Assembly: GCA_002794465.1 (NCBI GenBank)
Contig: MTSL01000206.1
Span: forward strand, 37,313 to 69,312
Length of the DNA: 32,000 bases
Origin: Paramicrosporidium saccamoebae KSL3
Taxonomy: Eukaryota; Fungi; Cryptomycota
Direction: 5' to 3'
A program made the position numbers and the translations under genes. The notes under the pieces were generated by a model. That model saw only the letters and a program-made list of their open reading frames with translations, had not been told where the DNA came from and did not search any database. Below are positions 29,460-32,000 of this stretch, piece by piece; position 1 is the stretch's first letter; every line of letters starts with the position of its first letter.

Positions 29460-30528
29460 ATGTCCGAGCACGCCCTCCGCAATGGTCTCCCGGATGCCAA
29501 CGCCGAACTGCTGTCGGCCGAGGTAGCCCTCGCCTCCCGCGGGCTCTCCCGCTCGTACTCGCTCTCCTATATACAGTCTATGCGGGACAATAACGATCCG
29601 GCACTTCCCCTCCAAATCCAGAACGTAGGCATTCTGCGAGTCTGACATGCTAGATGGTCACATCTATGCTCTCTACGCCATCCAGTATCATGCCTCTAAC
29701 ACCCGATGATGAATCATTCTTGTTTCAACCAGTGCCACTGGGTCAAAAAATCCAGTGCAAGGTGATTCGGAGGAAGCATAGTATGGGGTCGGTTTATCCA
29801 CAGTACGAACTCTATTTGGAAGGGACCAATGGAGCGCGGTTTTTCCTAATGTCTGCCCGAAGGAAGAAAAAGGCCCGTGGTGCAACATACTTGATATCTC
29901 TGAATCGCTTTGATAGCGGTGATTTTGACGAACGCGTTGTTGCCAAAGTCAAGTGCAAAGTCTTTCTGAATTCACATTGTAGATCTAATTTCTTGGGAAC
30001 GCTGTTTACAGTCTACGATGGCAAGCGGGACAAGGAACGCAACGAACGTGCTGCAATACTATACCAACCCAATATTTTTGGGCTCTGCGGTCCTCGCAAG
30101 ATGACCCTCCTTCTTCCTGGCCTCACTTCCGAGGGCCGAATCAAACCTCTCACATATAAATCGGGCAGCTGTCAGTTGCATGAAAAGTTCAAGACTGACG
30201 AGATTGCCGAGATTCTGGTGATGCGAAACAAGACACCACAATGGAATGATGGTATGTATTGAGTAGTATATGACGTTTAGAGTCGGGTTCGTACGTGTTG
30301 AATTTCCATAATAGAGTGTCACAAGCCTCTGTGAAGAACTTTCAAGTTGTTCCCGACTTTGACTGTACACAATACGTAACTCTGTAATGGCTAGTGGACT
30401 ATATTGTTATGCAATTTGGACGGGTTGGAGTGGACTCTTTTACAATGGACTTTCAATATCCGCTAAGTGCAATACAGGCATTTGGGATCACCCTAAGTAG
30501 TTTCGATCCAAAATTGGTATGTGAATAG
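29460..30528 (+). CDS. Tubby-like protein (TULP family)
   Basis: Exons 29460-29624, 29654-29952, 29983-30251, 30281-30364 and 30395-30528; the second intron is 3n with a GTG donor and is less certain. Tubby motifs [49 protein letters not shown] and [29 protein letters not shown]. Confidence 0.92.
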
Positions 30529-30776
30529 TTTGGCATAAATTGAGGTGTATTCTACAAATGCAATTATGAGATAGTGGAATGTTTAGCTGGGTGCTGGCTG
30601 CCGGGTGCCGAGTGCTGGATATTTGGCCCAATATTAAAAGAAGAGTCAGAGTTTCCAATGTTTGACATATTGACTCTTCAACGTTTGGGCACCATGTCGG
30701 TAATAAGCCGTTCTCTGTCACCCACTTTGCATTATATTGACACCACGATAATGCTCTCATCGCGCAACACAATCCT

Positions 30777-32000
30777 CTACCTCTTTGACCCGTATCGGGC
30801 CTTGAATAGAGGATGTCTCGGCTTTACTGTCGATGACGTGACGGGCTTGTTGTACTCGATATAGGCCATGTCATCGGCGCCCGAGAGACTCTTCATGGAG
30901 GACGTCTTTTTGACCACGGTGGATTCGACATCATCGCCACCGTCAACGGCTTCCTCCTCGGCGTCCTCTTCAGTGGCCAAAAGGACGGATTGGAGCAACT
31001 CGATTTGATCCTTATGCGAAGCATAAGCTAAATCTGGGAATTCCTCCATCCCTTTCAGCTCTGTAATCACCTTGAACGAATATCCCTGATCGATCAGGAA
31101 CTGTTGTCGCTTTGTAGAATAAAACATTTCCTCCGTATCACGAGAGACGAGAGAGTAGAAGAATGCATTAAAACCGTCATCTCTGCGACGCTTGGCGCGG
31201 AGAATACGACCCAGACGTTGGGCTTCCTGACGTCGAGAGCCGTAGTGGGAGGATATCTGGATGAGACAGGTGGCTTCAGGAAGATCAATGGACGTGTCAC
31301 CCACCTTGGAGAGAAAGATGGTGTTTACAAGAGGGCTCGATTGGAACAGGTGGAGGACACGCATGCGCTCTGTCTGTCCAGTTTCACCGTAAATGTGGGG
31401 CTTCTTTAACTTGAGCGCATATGCCCGAAGCGCAAAGACATTATCTGAAAAGACAATAATTTTGTCGCCGCGCTTCTCATGATAATCAATAAGGAATTGA
31501 CAAGCTTGGAATTTTCGGGGATTCATAATTGCCAAAAGACGTCGTTTCCTCGAGGACTCGTTCAGATATTCTCGATAAAACTCACTAGTCATGTTGCACC
31601 AAATTTCGGCACACTGAACATTGGCAATGTGTCCCTTCCTGGCCAGATCCAGCCAGTTGGCCTCATACAATTTGGGTCCAATCAGGAAATTCAGATCGTC
31701 AATTTTGTCATCTTCACGCACCAGCGTGGCGGTCAAGCCGAGTTTGCAATGTGCCGCCACAGTTGTCAGCACTCTTCGGAATACATTAGCTGGCACAACA
31801 TGCACTTCATCGAGAATCAGCAATCCCCATTCAGTGTTCTGGATCAGCTCCATCATTTTACGTGCTTCATAAGAACGACGGCCACCATAGGCCACCATCG
31901 TATATGTCGAGACAATTATCCCATTATTTGTGGGCAGCCGCTCCTTAAAGTCAGATGTAAAGCGGGCCACTTGGTTTTCTTGAATATTGGTAAAGTACTT
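30777..32000 (-). CDS. SSL2: TFIIH helicase/translocase XPB (Ssl2/Rad25/ERCC3), 5'-truncated
   Basis: The frame stays open to the window end ([17 protein letters not shown]). Motifs [42 protein letters not shown] and [16 protein letters not shown]. Confidence 0.97.
   Translation of the reverse strand, partial: KYFTNIQENQVARFTSDFKERLPTNNGIIVSTYTMVAYGGRRSYEARKMMELIQNTEWGLLILDEVHVVPANVFRRVLTTVAAHCKLGLTATLVREDDKIDDLNFLIGPKLYEANWLDLARKGHIANVQCAEIWCNMTSEFYREYLNESSRKRRLLAIMNPRKFQACQFLIDYHEKRGDKIIVFSDNVFALRAYALKLKKPHIYGETGQTERMRVLHLFQSSPLVNTIFLSKVGDTSIDLPEATCLIQISSHYGSRRQEAQRLGRILRAKRRRDDGFNAFFYSLVSRDTEEMFYSTKRQQFLIDQGYSFKVITELKGMEEFPDLAYASHKDQIELLQSVLLATEEDAEEEAVDGGDDVESTVVKKTSSMKSLSGADDMAYIEYNKPVTSSTVKPRHPLFKARYGSKR

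Noticed and set aside
1-32000. tRNA, rRNA, snRNA or transposase genes
   Set aside because: No T-loop/D-loop signatures, rRNA-like tracts, terminal inverted repeats or transposase motifs were recognised by eye; a tRNAscan-SE/Infernal run would be needed to exclude them fully.

Overview
Gene-dense eukaryotic DNA with 19 protein-coding genes, two of them cut by the window edges. Intergenic gaps are mostly 0-300 bp, and 25 GT-AG introns of only 29-42 nt can be reconstructed by hand. The gene set (SER3, AKR1, ALR/MNR2-type CorA, PRS, PTC7, DPP1, UBC8, SSL2) is fungal/opisthokont-like. Compaction, micro-introns and likely mitochondrial functions suggest an early-diverging, microsporidia-related fungus such as a Rozellomycota/Paramicrosporidium-like parasite; this is inference, not an identification. 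Highlights: (1) a small protein with a D-box and a geminin-like coiled coil, plus a clear DONSON, both preceded by E2F-like motifs, suggesting an animal-type replication-control system in a fungal lineage; (2) a tandem pair of ankyrin-repeat proteins with a C-terminal NLS-like motif, and a signal peptide in the complete copy, which are candidate host-nucleus effectors; (3) a 6x29-bp minisatellite that contains the PMS1 start codon and builds a chain of stop-start-overlapping uORFs, with a similar ATG-containing 20-bp array at DPP1; (4) an OSR1/SPAK-type kinase carrying four RFxV motifs but no CCT domain; (5) other genes missing from yeasts: HAUS4, BRWD/PHIP, Tubby and peptide deformylase. All homology calls are by eye from remembered family motifs; no searches were run. 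No tRNA, rRNA, CRISPR array or mobile element was recognised.
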